Source: Epiperipatus broadwayi (lineage: Eukaryota > Animalia > Onychophora). From it: a DNA stretch of 64,000 nt. The notes below the pieces were generated by a model. That model was not told the origin of the DNA. It saw only the letters and a list, made by a program, of their open reading frames with translations, and made no database searches. The stretch is from the NCBI GenBank assembly GCA_028023455.1, contig JAQFVV010000009.1, positions 7,812,001 through 7,876,000 of the forward strand. The letters are read 5' to 3'. The position numbers and the translations under genes were made by a program. Of this stretch, positions 1 to 12,984 are shown one piece after another. Position 1 is the stretch's first letter, and each line of letters starts with the position of its first letter.

Positions 1-890
1 TTGGAAGATCACTGTTGGGAGGCAGGGGAATGAAGGAAGCCAGACACTATAAGAGCTCGTGCTTTTGTAAAAAAAAAAAAGGAATCTCTTTTGGCTGGTC
101 TCTGTTATTGGTTATCTCTCTTGGCAGGCTCTCATCATTGGTTTTATAGAGAAGCTTTGCTGTAAAAGTTTAAAGAAACATTTTTTTAAGAAAGAAGAAA
201 AGAGAGAAAAAGAAATCGTTTATTGTTAATTATTCTGTCTGTCTCTTGAAACAAACTTTGCCAAATTTAATAATATAAGTTAAAAAAAAGTCTCTTGAGT
301 AAATTTTTATTGGTGCACATCGTTCTTCCCGAAATTAATCAATGTCATGATTTGTATTATATAGTTGATTTATCAAGAATCAGCAAATGGTAAAATTTAA
401 ACTACAGAAAAAAAAAATCTAAATTTTGATTTTGATTTCGTATATAAAGCATTAAATCTGAATGCTATAATTTCATATAAAGCGTTAAATCTGAATACTA
501 AGTGAATTGAAAAATACAACAAGAAGTGGACTTATATATTTAAAAATTAAAACAAGTTCTATTCAGCTGTAATCCACAGAAATCAAAATGAGGAAAGCTT
601 CTCAGCAACATGAAAACTTTGTACATTTTGGCATAGGAATCAAATTCTATCACAGTGACTTTTTCCACATAAAGTCATGTGCACACACAAACAAACCAAA
701 GAAGAAAAAAATGGAAAAATGGAAACCAAAAACCTGAAGGACACTTCTGGAGAACTATTTAAGTATATTTTTATTATTTGATATTCATGTAGAACATTTA
801 ATTTAAAAAAAAGAAAAGAAAATAATTTTTTTTTATCATATATATCCATTTAAAATTAATCCATGTTAGAATTATAATTGCTATTATTTT

Positions 891-1030
891 GGGGGTAGAT
901 GAAATTAATATCAAGTCATTGTGTATGTGCCTGTTAAATGCTTTCATTATTATTATTATTATTATCATTTAGGGGTAGATGAAATTAATACCAAATCATT
1001 CTGTATGTGCCTTGTTTTAAATGCTTTACA
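891..1030. repeat. Two-copy ~80 bp direct repeat
   Basis: GGGGTAGATGAAATTAATA(T/C)CAA(G/A)TCATT(G/C)TGTATGTGCC...AAATGCTTT occurs at ~892 and ~972, separated by an (ATT)n run. Confidence 0.8.
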
Positions 1031-3726
1031 TTTTTTTTTATGAAAAGAGTGAGAGATATTGTTGTGGGAAATGTTTTTGGATCGGATCAGGAATTCTTGT
1101 CAAGTGCTTAGACCTAATGCTATGTTTTATGAAGGTTGTGTGACTGTTGGGCTAAAACATCATCATTATCCTATAAAAGTGCAGAGAAGTAGTTTTAAAA
1201 TTTTAATGCGCATTTCTTATTACTATTATCATAAAGTTAAAGCTAGATACAAGCTAATTAAGGCTTGGAAAAATTGTTGGCTGATGTTCTAGTGTACTAT
1301 TTCGCAAGAGTAATGTAGATGTGAAAGTTTTTACTTGTACAAATTGATGTTAGACCCATATATAATGTGGATGGACAAAAAAGAGTCCCCACCAAGCTAG
1401 TGGAGTCATAGTTTAGCTTGCTCACTAAGATATTTATACTATATTTATAAAGTATTTAAACACAGTGGAAGAGTTTTCCCACTTAGTTATTTTCTACACT
1501 GTAAGATGATTTCTTTGTTGATGGCCAAAGGTTAATAGGTAAACCCAAGTCTCTTTGTATGACTAGCGATAAAAATCCTAGCATACCTCAACCTTAGTGA
1601 AAAGGTTTTCTCTTATTCGGGTCACTGCCTGCCTCATGTTAATGTTGATATTCCTTACGGGTGTATGAAATATAGCTATTACTAAGCATTACTTATAAAT
1701 GTTGGATACAGGGTCGCAAACTCAATTTGATGTCAGGATGAGTGCTGATAGTGTGTGTGCAATTGGTGTACTTGAACATTGTTTTGTTGATACATTTTAA
1801 TTTATCAATGAGAGCCAAGAGTAATAACGTCAATAAATATTCAACTTAAGGGTTAAATAAAACCTACGAATATCGTAAGCCATGCGTATGTATCTGAAAT
1901 TATCTAATAAATATATCTGCAGCCAGCTGAGAACTTCGCTGGAAAGGTAATATTACTAAAATATTATTATTGTCATAAGAACATGAATATAGTGTGTATG
2001 CACGTGTGATGATGATTCAGCTAGATACCGATTCATTGACATTTGAAAAGTAACTAAAATTAACTTAGTCCCACCATACATAAAATATCTCTATTGTAGA
2101 GCATAGGGTGAAGGAATATTAGATTAAAATAATTAAATAAAATTATTAAATTTTATTATTGGAAGAATTACCCTTAGAAACAAATCAGTAACTAAAAGCA
2201 TTAAACACTGGGGGGAGAAATTTAATGTTCGCTATGTCTGGGATAAAAATGAGAACAAAAATATAATATATGTGAAGGTAAATAATATTTTATCTGTCTG
2301 ATATTAATATTACTCCATGGTAATCCTGATTCCCTAATAATTAAAAATGAATATTTATAGTTTAAAACCTCTTGACATTATCTATTGATTTAGGGATATT
2401 TATTTATTTAGTTTTTTTTTTTATATATCATAATACGGTTGTAGAACAGGGGAAAGCCATGTGAGTCATCAAGTGAATGTATATATTATGTATTGAGTTG
2501 TAGTATGTTAATAAAATTTGTTATTTGTTTTAAATAAAAATTTGTGTATGTCTCAATGTTTTGTGGGTTATTATAATCTAGACATCTCAAATCCAATCAT
2601 ACATCAATATATTATTATTAATAGTTGAATCATCATTTTTGTAAATAATATCCAGTAAAATTTATTTAAAATGGTTAATTTTCCGAGCTTATGTGGCACG
2701 GCAATACTCAAGATTACCAAATAATTTAATATAGTTGAAATATAAATTATGAATAGGGATGGTTATTGGGTGATAGTGGATGCAGTGGGTGGGCATAAAA
2801 TCCTTTCCCCATCCGTTGTATTCAAACACCTCCCTAGATGCACTTCCTTATGATTTTACTTTAATTATAAAAGCGTTCATAATATGTTATTTCTAAAAAA
2901 TTTAATAAGCTTAAATTATTCGAGCTTTAATGTAAATAGACATTAAACTACATTAAAGACAGCCAAGATCAACCTTGGAGGTGATCATGAGAGGGGTGTT
3001 TATCACCAATAATCCATAGCAGCTTGTTCGACCTCCACACCTTATTGTTCTAAAAACCCTGAGAAGAGATTATAATGGGAGAAATGAGCTAGCACAATGG
3101 AAAATTTAATAGTAAAAGAGATAATAGTGCAATAGACCTATGAATGTGAGGATGATGGGGGGATGGATCAGGAAGGTGGAGATGGATATAGAACTATTTG
3201 TAATTGGAACAAAATTTTAATTGTGACTTTAATGATAGTGAATGGGGAGTGTGCTGAGAATAACCAAGAATTTCCAAGAATATTAATATTATTATTTTTA
3301 ATGCATTCTCAGTGGTCTCTTAATCGATTGATTATTTATTAACCCATTCATTAAATATTATTGTTGAAATTTATTAATAAGTTATTGAAATGAGGTTTAG
3401 CCTCAATATTTCATTGAAGTTGCAATTTGGCACCCTGGCAAATAAGATTATGGATGTTCTATCCCATCATCATCATCCCAGTAGGCTTTAGAAATAGTGT
3501 TAGCTGGGAACGATGAAGCATCCATCGATCCATCCTTAAAACATTACAATTGGCAGGCAACTTGGCCACAAGTGTCTGAGTGCCAGATAGATTCAATATA
3601 GGTTATAATTAATGCATAGCATGGTTGCCCAAGCTGAAATAAATAAAAGGTTTACAATTGATCTATAACAAGAATGTGCGACCATTTGAATAAAGTTATA
3701 ATTAGCTTAAACTCTCCAATCATATA

Positions 3727-3888
3727 TGTTGTATTTGATTCACAATGTGGATGGCTTTATTAATTTTGTTAGAATTGGCTCACAATGTGGATGCTTGATC
3801 ATTTTTGTTATATTTGGTCACAACGTGGATGTCCAATGATTTAAGTTAGAATTGGTCACAACGTGGATGCCCGATTATTTAATTTTTG
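3727..3888. repeat. Minisatellite, ~4.3 units of 38-43 bp with a conserved 25-bp core
   Basis: Core GTTAGAATTGGTCACAA(C/T)GTGGATG repeated four times (first copy degenerate) plus a partial fifth, with 13-18 nt AT-rich linkers. Confidence 0.85.
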
Positions 3889-4020
3889 TTAGAATATATA
3901 TACCCACATAGAATTGCAAACACATGGAAAGTACTACTGATAATGTTCAAGTATTAGTATTTGGTCATAGCATCTTTTAGACAGAAAGCTTATATATGTG
4001 TGTATGATAATCAATAATAT

Positions 4021-4432
4021 AGTGATTTATAAACATATAATACTGTGGAAGTAAACTACTCTTCAGACAAATACTATGAAATTGACACTCCCACCAATAA
4101 ATGCTTTAAAAGCATAGGTGGTCCACCTATGCTTAGGACTTATTCTTTAAATAAACCAACATCACTAGTTAAAAATGAGAAACTTTCTCTTCTCTATAAT
4201 ATATAAACTGAACTTGCACAAGTAATATGCTGATTTAAAAATCAGACTTGTAATAAGTTCAAGCTCTAATTTAAGCATGATCAATAAATGTTGGTATACT
4301 TAAAGAATAATTTAAGCATAGGTAGACAATCTATGCTTTTAAAACATTTATTGATGGGAGAGTTTATGTCAATTTCATAGGACGTGTGTGAAGAATAGTA
4401 ATATTACACACAACATGTATATATTTAATCAC
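4021..4432. mobile_element. Foldback/MITE-like element with long imperfect inverted arms
   Basis: CTATGAAATTGACA..CTCCCACCAATAAATGCTTTAAAAGCATAGG (from ~4072) mirrors ...CTATGCTTTTAAAACATTTATTGATGGGAGAG..TGTCAATTTCATAG (to 4380); weaker similarity extends out to ~4021/4432. Each arm has an internal hairpin (perfect 11-bp stem AAGCATAGGTG/CACCTATGCTT at 4110-4134). Confidence 0.75.
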
Positions 4433-4740
4433 ATGATAATAGTCCATACTTATCTCAATCATGAATATTCAATCAGTTGTCAAGGCAACCTCTACAAATA
4501 AAATATGAACTCTATTTTTCACTCCATTCTAAGATCTTGATATAGACAAAAAGTGATGGTGTAGACTTTTAATAAAATTGAAATTTTTATATTCCTAGAA
4601 TTTTAAATAAATCTCATTAAACAGTCAAATTTTAAAATTTTCAAACTCCACTGCCATCAATTACTACTTAGACAAAAAAATCTGATTTTACACAAAGCTA
4701 AGAGATTTTATAAATATAATATGTTAATAATACCAAGCTC

Positions 4741-6560
4741 ATCTGATGTGATATGATGTGATGTACTGTGATTTCTCTTCATACGGAGTCAGGAATTTAT
4801 TAGCAACTATGCCCAGAGAAACCTGTTAGCCACTTTGAACCCCTTTTTATTCCCCACCACAAGTTTTCCCATATTGTTTTCTACCCTGCTCCATCCCATT
4901 TCCACAACATAATATTTGTCAACTCCATGGCCTTTAGATCTAAAACTCCCTTATCTTTTCCCAAAGCAGCATAAAAACCAATAAGCCACTTTCTGTATAA
5001 TCATTTTGTTCATATTTATTTTTTCACAACTTCATTATTATATCCTTTCTGCTTTCAGGTATTTATATACAATTAACAGATGCCTAATATTTTCTATATC
5101 TTCCTTACACAGCTTGCAGACTAAATCACCCATATTTCTCCATTTATGTATATTCCCTTGTTGCTAAAGATCCCGTTCGAACCTTAAACAGTAAACTATT
5201 TTTCTTGCTATTATCATAAATTAACTTGCACCCAATATTCTGTTTGCTTCTATAAATATTTAAACTCTTTTTACTCTCCATACTAGCTCTCCATTTCTCC
5301 AACTCCCTATTCTTTATTAATGCATCTATTCTTCTATCCCTTTTCTTAACACTAAAACACTCAACAATTCTCCTAACACAATCATCCCACCTTTTATATA
5401 AGTATATTGACATAAATTCTTTATCTAAATCTTCTGCATAACATATTACCTTTCACACCCATTTTGTTGTTTTGTTGTCTGTCCTTTATTCATAATTCAA
5501 TTAAATACTATTTTGGCTATTCTTTTATTATCCATAAACTGCAATCTACTGAACATTTTTATTTTGCTTTTTGCATCTCTCATCTAAAAACTTGACCATC
5601 CCATTTCTCCTTGAATTTCCTCCTTTGCTGTCTACACTTCTGCATATATTGCATGTCTTTCTACTTTTCTTTGTACTTTTTCTAAGTAATCTAATACCCC
5701 TTTACTAACACATAATGCATCATTACCATATGTTAACCCTGCTACTGCCATTCCCTTCCTTACAATTCTAGCTACATCATATTTATTATAATAGAACACT
5801 GTTAATTTCTTTATAAATCCCTTTCTTTTCTTTGCTTTATTTATCAATTTTTTCTCCCATTCATCCGTGAAATTTCTCTGATCACTTAAAACGATTCCCA
5901 AATAGTTATATCTATTCACCACACTTAACTTTATATCCCCCAATAAAAATTCTTTGTCTTCTCTTTTCCCAATATTAATCATCATTACTTTTGATTTTTC
6001 TTCACTAAATTTAATTCCCATCTCTTTACCCACCTTTGTGCATGTCCTCAGCATAACTTGCATATCTTCCCTTCTTTCTGCACACAAAAAAACATCCGCA
6101 AATAAAAGACCCAACAATGTATATACTCTCTTGCCACCTATTAATGGTATCTCTACCCCTCTTACTAGTCTTTCTATTGCTCTCTCCATTTCTCTCAAAT
6201 ACAACAAAAACAAAATAGGTGTCAGAGGACATCCTTGCCTTAGTCCCACCTCATTTTTAACTTGAACTGATTCTGTAATCCCTAATTGATACATGTAGTA
6301 ATTATTTTCATATAATTTTTTAACAATATCCACCAAAGCTTCATCCATTTCCAAATTTACTAAACTTATCCATAATTTATTTCTTTTTACTATATCATAT
6401 GCCTTCTCTCTATATATAAAAACCATATATAACAGTCTACCTGTATTCCTACTCATATCCATAAGTTGTGTAACTACAAATAAACTATCTCCTATATGCA
6501 TACCTGATCAAAAACCTCCTTGCATTTTTTTGACTATATTATTTTCTTCCATCCATTTTA
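4741..6560 (-). mobile_element. RTE/RTEX-like LINE, 5'-truncated, frameshifted (RT + C-terminal domain + 3' tail)
   Basis: ORF 5632-6501 has REKAYD, LRQGCPLTPILF, FAD-V, YNYLGI; ORF 5144-5413 continues the C-terminal domain; tail reads TACATCACATCATATCACATCAGAT on the minus strand, ending at 4741. Confidence 0.93.
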
Positions 6561-8352
6561 TATTGTTGAAGCCCCTTTTATAAATAAAAGATGGATTTCA
6601 ATAATGCTTGATAGCAGTGGTGTTTGTAAATTAAAAAAAGAGTATTTATTAGTATGATTCCAAAACAGATTATATTTACTTATTTAATGGGTTTATTTAC
6701 TCATCCAGGAATATAAAAATCTCAGTCTGTTAAAGTTCTGTGCCAGTTCTCTTTGTCTATATTAATACTTTAGACCAGAATAAAAAGTGGAATACATCTT
6801 TTACTTTCAGAAGTTGCTTTGACAAAAAGAGTCAGGGTTTTGATAAGCTTGGGCTGTTATCATGTGATTACACACAAATACAGAGACAACCTGATGCATT
6901 TAATATGTACAGTATATAAAAAGGCCTTATACTGTAGTGTTTAGCACATTTTTTAACATGCCCATAACCAGAGATCAAATTGGAATGAAACTTGGGATTT
7001 TTTGTTCACATAATTAAGATTTTTCAAATAATAATTTTTAATCAGAAAATAAAACTAAAAATTAAAAATATAAAATCTTTCATTACTTAATAGTTGATTA
7101 AATTAATTAGTATTTTTTTTTCATCATTCTTTTCTGGAGAGATTCTGGAGAGGTCTATGACATGCAGTGGATTGTTTAATGCTGTTAAAACACTCATCTA
7201 TAAACTATATATAGAATATTGACTAAAATGCATTACTGTTATTATTATGACTTATTAATCCCTCTATATATTTTTTATATATTAAAACTTTCTGCTTGAA
7301 GACAAGTAGAAGTAGCTAGGTAAGAAGATGATGTGACCAAAGATTATTTATTTCTTTAATGGGAAAAGAAATTTGCTATTTGAGAATTTTAATATTTAGA
7401 ACAATATCATAAATGTTTGAACTCTTCAATAAAATATGTATAAATCCATAAAAAATTGTAATATAGCCCTGAATATTAATATGCTAACATAAAATATTAT
7501 ACATCAATAAGATTTACATTACTATTTTTGCATTTTAAACTTTGTTTATAATCAAAGTTTTGAATATTATTATAATTAAATTCATTAGAACAAAAAATTA
7601 TATTTATTTAAACAGAAAATAAATGGAGTTAAAATTAAATACAAATATAAAATTTTTTAAATGTAAAATATATATTTAGACATAAACACTACATTGAAGA
7701 TTTTAATAGAAAAAAAATCTGCGAGATTAATTACATTAAATATAGTGAAAAAAAAAAAAACGGATATATGTAAAACATCTATGCCAAACTAATAATAATT
7801 CATTTAAAAATGAAATAAAATTATTTAATGCATGTGTATTTATAGGTATTTATTAAGCATATATATATATATATTATACAGGTTAAGTATTATCATAAAG
7901 GAGTCTGTAGAGCTTACAACCAGGAGGCACATTCACCAGTAACTTTATTCAATTATTCAATTCTGCCATTGTAGCCAATAAATTTGGCAGAGATTCATAT
8001 TTTACAATTTCTTGTTACATAGATCATTGGCAGATAAATTCCATTTATGAAGCAGATGAGTGCTACAATTATGGGCTGTTACTCCATTGACTTTATTGTT
8101 AAATATGAAAAAATAAAAATGTGTGGAACTATTTACTATGACTATGCATTACAACATATATTTTATATTATGCATTAGTGTGTGTTTACTCGTGTGTATA
8201 TATATGGATTATTAAAAAAAAGTATACTTATATGTTCATTGTGTAAGATGCATTTGTGAGGGTTTTTTTTTTGGGGGGGGGGTAATATAAAATATATATA
8301 TATATTAAAAAAAAATCATTACTTTCAGCCTGACAGTGTGATTATATAAATG

Positions 8353-8353
<1 letters not shown>

Positions 8354-8432
<79 letters not shown>
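8354..8432. repeat. (AAT)n microsatellite
   Basis: Direct read; explains the spurious poly-Leu ORF 8325-8540. Confidence 0.97.
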
Positions 8433-8433
<1 letters not shown>

Positions 8434-8499
8434 TTATTATATAATATGTATTTAATAAATAAATATATGTATATAATTATTAAAACATTGTAATTCAAA

Positions 8500-10387
8500 A
8501 AACAAAATCTAGATGTCATTATGTGTGTAATGTTTTGCAAGAATCATCAGAGAGAATAATGACGAGTATGTAGAATTGATTAGGAATTTGACTATGATTA
8601 AAGGAAGAGTAGGAGTAGTTGGATTATTACCAAGATTTGACAAGAGGCATTTGTTACATAGGGCATATTCTATAAATGAGAGATTGAAAAAATTGTGTGA
8701 GAGAAATAATGTTATGTTTGTGGATGTGTGGGATTGTTTTATTGGAAAGAGGGAGTTATATAGTAAAGATGAGTTGCATTTAGGAAAACGAGGAAGTGAA
8801 GTTTTAGGGTTTCTGATTTATAAAGAATATTTTTCAGAAGCTTTAGTGGATATTATTAAAAAATTATATGAAAATAATTATTATATATATCAATTAGGGA
8901 ATATAGAATCAGTTAAAGTTAAAAATGGGGTGGGACTAAGGCAAGGATGCCCTATGTCACCTATTTTGTTTTTGTTGTATTTGAGTGAAATGGAAAGAGC
9001 AATAGAAAGATTAGGAAGAGGGATAGAGATACCATTAATAGGTAGTAAGGGAGTATATATTTTGTCAGGTCTTTTTTTGCAGATGATATATTTTTGTGTG
9101 CAGAAAGAAGAGAAGATATGGAAGTTATGCTGAGGACATGTGCAAGAGTGGGTAAAGAGATGGGGATTAAATTTAGTGAAGAAAAATCAAATATAATGAT
9201 GGTTAATACTGGGGAAAGAGAAGATGTAGAATTTTTATTGGGAGATATTAAGTTAAGTGTGGTGAATAGATATAGTTATTTGGGAATTATTTTATGTAAT
9301 CAGAAAAATTATTTGGATGAATGGGAGAAAAAATTGATAAATGAAGCAAAGAAAAGAAAGGGATTGATAAAGAAATTAACAGTGTTTCCATATAATAAAT
9401 ATGATGTAGCTAGAATTATATGGAAGGGAGTTGCAGTAGCAGGGTTAACATATGGTAATGATGCATTATGTGTTAGTAAAGGGGTATTAAATTACTTAGA
9501 AAAAGTTCAAAGGGAAGTAGGAAGACATGCATTGGATGCAGATGTATGGACAGCAAGGGAGGCAATTCAAGGAGAAATGGGATGGTCAAGTTTTCATATG
9601 AGAGATGCAAAAAGTAAAATGAAAATGTTTGGTAGATTGCAGTTTATGGATAATAAAAGAATAGCCAAAATAGTATTTAATTGGGTTATGAGTAAAGGGC
9701 AGGCAACAAGATGGGTGAGAAAGGTAATGCGGTATGCAAAAGATTTGGATAAAGAATTTATATCAGTATATTTGTACAAAAGATGGGATGATTGTGTTAG
9801 GAGGATTGTTGAGTGTTATAGTGGTAAGGAATGGGATAAAAGAATAGATTTATTAATAAAGAATAGGGAGTTAGAGAGATGGAGAACTAGTATGGAGAGT
9901 AAAAAGAGTTTAAATATATATAGAAATAAACAGAATATTAGGTGTGAGTTAATATATGATAATAGTAAGGAAGGTAGTTTATTGTTTAAGGCTCAAATGG
10001 GATCTTTAGCAACAAGAGAATGTACATGTAAATGGAAAAATATGGGTGATTTAGTCTGTAAATTATGTAAGGAAGAAATAGAAAATATTAGGCATCTGTT
10101 AATTGAATGTAAATGCTTGAAAACAGAAAGGGTACATATAATGAAGTTATGGAAGAATAAATATGAAAAAAGTGATTATACAGAAAGTGGATTATTGGTT
10201 TTTATGCTGGGTTTGGGAAAAGATAAGGGGGATTTAGATATAAAGGCCATAGAGTTGACAAAGATTATGTTGTGGAAATGGGATGGAGCAGAATATGGGA
10301 AAACTTAGACTGGGGAATGGAAAATAAAGTGGCTAACAGGTTTCTCTGGGCATAATTGTTGAGAGATTCTTGACTCCATTTAAGAGA
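8500..10387 (+). mobile_element. RTE/RTEX-like LINE deletion derivative: ORF1 SGNH-esterase-like segment joined to RT and C-terminal zinc finger
   Basis: ORF 8576-9133 begins VGVVGLLPRF...INERLKKLC...FVDVWDCF...YSKDELHLGKRG (SGNH block V-like DxxHL) then switches at ~8837 to EALVDIIKKLYENN...LRQGCPMSPILF; ORF 9094-10308 ends with CKLCKEEIENIRHLLIEC. Confidence 0.9.
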
Positions 10388-10400
10388 ATCGGAAGAGCAT

Positions 10401-11624
10401 CATGTGCAAGGGTGGGTAAAGAGATGGGGATTAAATTTAGTGAAGAAAAATCAAATATAATGATGGTTAATACTGGGGAAAGAGAGGATGTAGAATTTTT
10501 ATTGGGAGATATTAAGTTAAGTGTGGTGAATAGATATAGTTATTTGGGAATTAATCAGAAAAATTATTTGGATGAATGGGAAAAAAAATTGATAAATGAA
10601 GCAAAGAAAAGAAAGGGATTGATAAAGAAATTAACAGTGTTTTTATATAATAAATATGATGTAGCTAGAATTATATGGAAGGGAGTTGCAGTAGCAGGGT
10701 TAACATATGGTAATGATGCATTATGTGTTAGTAAAGGGGTATTAGATTACTTAGAAAAAGTTCAAAGGGAAGTAGGAAGACATGCATTGGATGCAGATGT
10801 ATGGACAGCAAGGGAGGCAATTCAAGGAGAAATGGGATGGTCAAGTTTTCATATGAGAGATGCAAAAAGTAAAATGAAAATGTTTGGTAGATTGCAGTTT
10901 ATGGATAATAAAAGAATAGCCAAAATAGTATTTAATTGGGTTATGAGTAAAGGGCAGGCAACAAGATGGGTGAGAAAGGTAATGCGGTATGCAAAAGATT
11001 TGGATAAAGAATTTATATCAGTATATTTGTACAAAAGATGGGATGATTGTGTTAGGAGGATTGTTGAGTGTTATAGTGGTAAGGAATGGGATAAAAGAAT
11101 AGATTTATTAATAAAGAATAGGGAGTTAGAGAGATGGAGAACTAGTATGGAGAGTAAAAAGAGTTTAAATATATATAGAAATAAACAGAATATTAGGTGT
11201 GAGTTAATATATGATAATAGTAAGGAAAATAATTTATTGCTTAAGGCTCAAATGGGATCTTTAGCAACAAGAAAATATACATGCAAATGGGAAAATATGG
11301 GTGATTTAGTCTGTAAATTATGTAAGGAAGGAATAGAAAATATTAGGCATTTGTTAATTGAATGTAAATACTTGAAAACAAAGGATACATATAATGAAGT
11401 TATGGAAAAATAAATATGAAAAAAGTGATTATACAGAAAGTGGATTATTGTTTTTTATGCTGGGTTTGGGAAAAGATAAGAAGGATTTAAATATAAAGGC
11501 CATAGAGTTGACAAAGATTATGTTGTGGAAATGGAATGGAGCAGAATATGGGAAAATTTAGAGTGGGGAATGGAAAATAAAGTGGTTAACAGGAGAAGCT
11601 ACAGTACATCACATCACATCAGAT
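10401..11624 (+). mobile_element. Second, near-identical tandem segment of the same LINE (3' 1.2 kb with tail)
   Basis: ORF 10370-11413 repeats 9094-10308 with a 9-nt in-frame deletion near 10553; ends in CATCACATCACATCAGAT. Confidence 0.88.
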
Positions 11625-11649
11625 CTGTATATATACACCATGCACATGT

Positions 11650-12560
11650 TTTATCAATGTTAAATTCTAGTTTATAGGTGCAAGTGTATTTATGAAATAT
11701 ATCAGTATTTGTATTTGTTTTTTAGTTGTTAGAAAAACTGTTGTATCATCCATGTAGGCTATGCAGGCTACATTATGACTGAATGTGGGTATATAGATCC
11801 CTGGCAGCCATTTTTCAATGTTATTAAGTAGTGGATTTATGTACATGGTGAATAGCAATACACTAAACAGAAACCCTTGTGCGATTGATTGATCTGGATT
11901 AAAAGGAAGAGATTATTTCCCAGTTAGACTTATGTATATTTCTGTATTTATTAGGATGTTTACGAGAAAATATAATATTGATTTTGATATTGTTGTTTTT
12001 TTCTAATGTTTTTATGAGTACATCAATTGGTACCAAATCAAATGCAGTCTTCTATCCAGTTCTACTGCATTTTGCATAGTATCAATTACAGTTTTGAATA
12101 CAAAAGCTGCTTGACCTGTTGATGAGCCTTTTTTTACAAATTGTGCCTGTGATAACAAAGATATACAGCATGGTTCTTACTGTTTTGAGTAATTGAATAC
12201 TCTATGGGCCCATAGATATTAACCTTATGTTTTACACTGTACAGAGCGAAGTTTGTTTCTTTATAAATGGAACGATTGCTATAGGGTGTATATCCTGAAT
12301 ATGATATATCCCTTTTGTAAGAATGTTAGTCATGTCTGCAAGATAAGTAGAAGTGAATTGGCTTAAGTGGGCAAAAGGGATGGCATGAATCTGGCATCTT
12401 CTCCATACTTTGTATAAAATCTTTAGGTTTAAATATTTTTGTATCATCCAACATCCCAAATTGTTCAAAAGTTGGTTTGAATTCTATCTCATTTTGAAGT
12501 ATTTTCTTCAAATGTTTGTATACTTTATTACATGAAACCTTTTCTCTAATTACATCTTAT
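11650..12560 (-). mobile_element. L1/Tx1-like LINE RT remnant
   Basis: Minus-strand translation gives KTAFDLVPIDVLIKTLEK, QGFLFSVLLFTMYINPLL and AYMDDTTVFL, matching the KAFD / QG.PLS.LLF / YxDD motifs in L1/Tx1 style. Confidence 0.7.
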
Positions 12561-12984
12561 ACCATATGTTTACGATTACTTTTTAGACATTGAATTTTTT
12601 TTAAAAATTGCTGCACAGTATATGTTTATATTTTTGCCTATATATATATACCAATACGTTATTAAAATTATTTTCGGTAGTTTTTTTTTGTTTTGTTTTA
12701 GCACTTCAATTTTTAGGAACATATTTTAATTATTGGCCAAGATCTGTTATGCATGCCTAATAGCATTTCTGGTTTTTTCATTCACACACCCATACATACA
12801 TATATTACATAATATTTTCCATCAATCATTTAATTCTACATGTGCCTTTGTACTGCTTAAAAAAATGTAAATGTTGTATAGTATGTAAGTAAATTTATGT
12901 TTATCTACTCGCCTTGCTGATTTTATGAATTAGGGTTTTTTTTTTAGATATACAATATCTCAATAGGTATCAGCCTGATTAGTA

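Noticed and set aside
1-170. LTR-like segment with two ATTGG-containing ~30 bp repeats
   Set aside because: Cut by the window edge; no second copy or termini to support it.
640-849. HMTL motif suggesting an ACER3 exon
   Set aside because: Wrong strand relative to the ACER3 exons, no GSWCF context and no splice support.
1059-1292. LWEMFLDRIRNSCQVLR resembling ACER W..D...C..LR
   Set aside because: Spacing is wrong and there is no suitable splice donor; probably chance.
1709-1724. Orphan hAT-like TIR CAGGGTCGCAAACTCA (also one ending at 30052)
   Set aside because: No matching partner TIR or TSD located.
3727-3888. CRISPR array
   Set aside because: Linkers are too short and mutually related, there are no cas genes, and the context is eukaryotic.
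5954-6265. Antisense ORFs over LINE copies (also 9594, 10849, 55386, 57692) and low-complexity ORFs (8325, 29423)
   Set aside because: By-products of strand-biased LINE composition or microsatellites.
12751-12870. ...YIHILHNIFHQ resembling ACER3 VYLKVKEPIFHQ
   Set aside because: In-frame stop just upstream, no usable acceptor, and no donor after Q.
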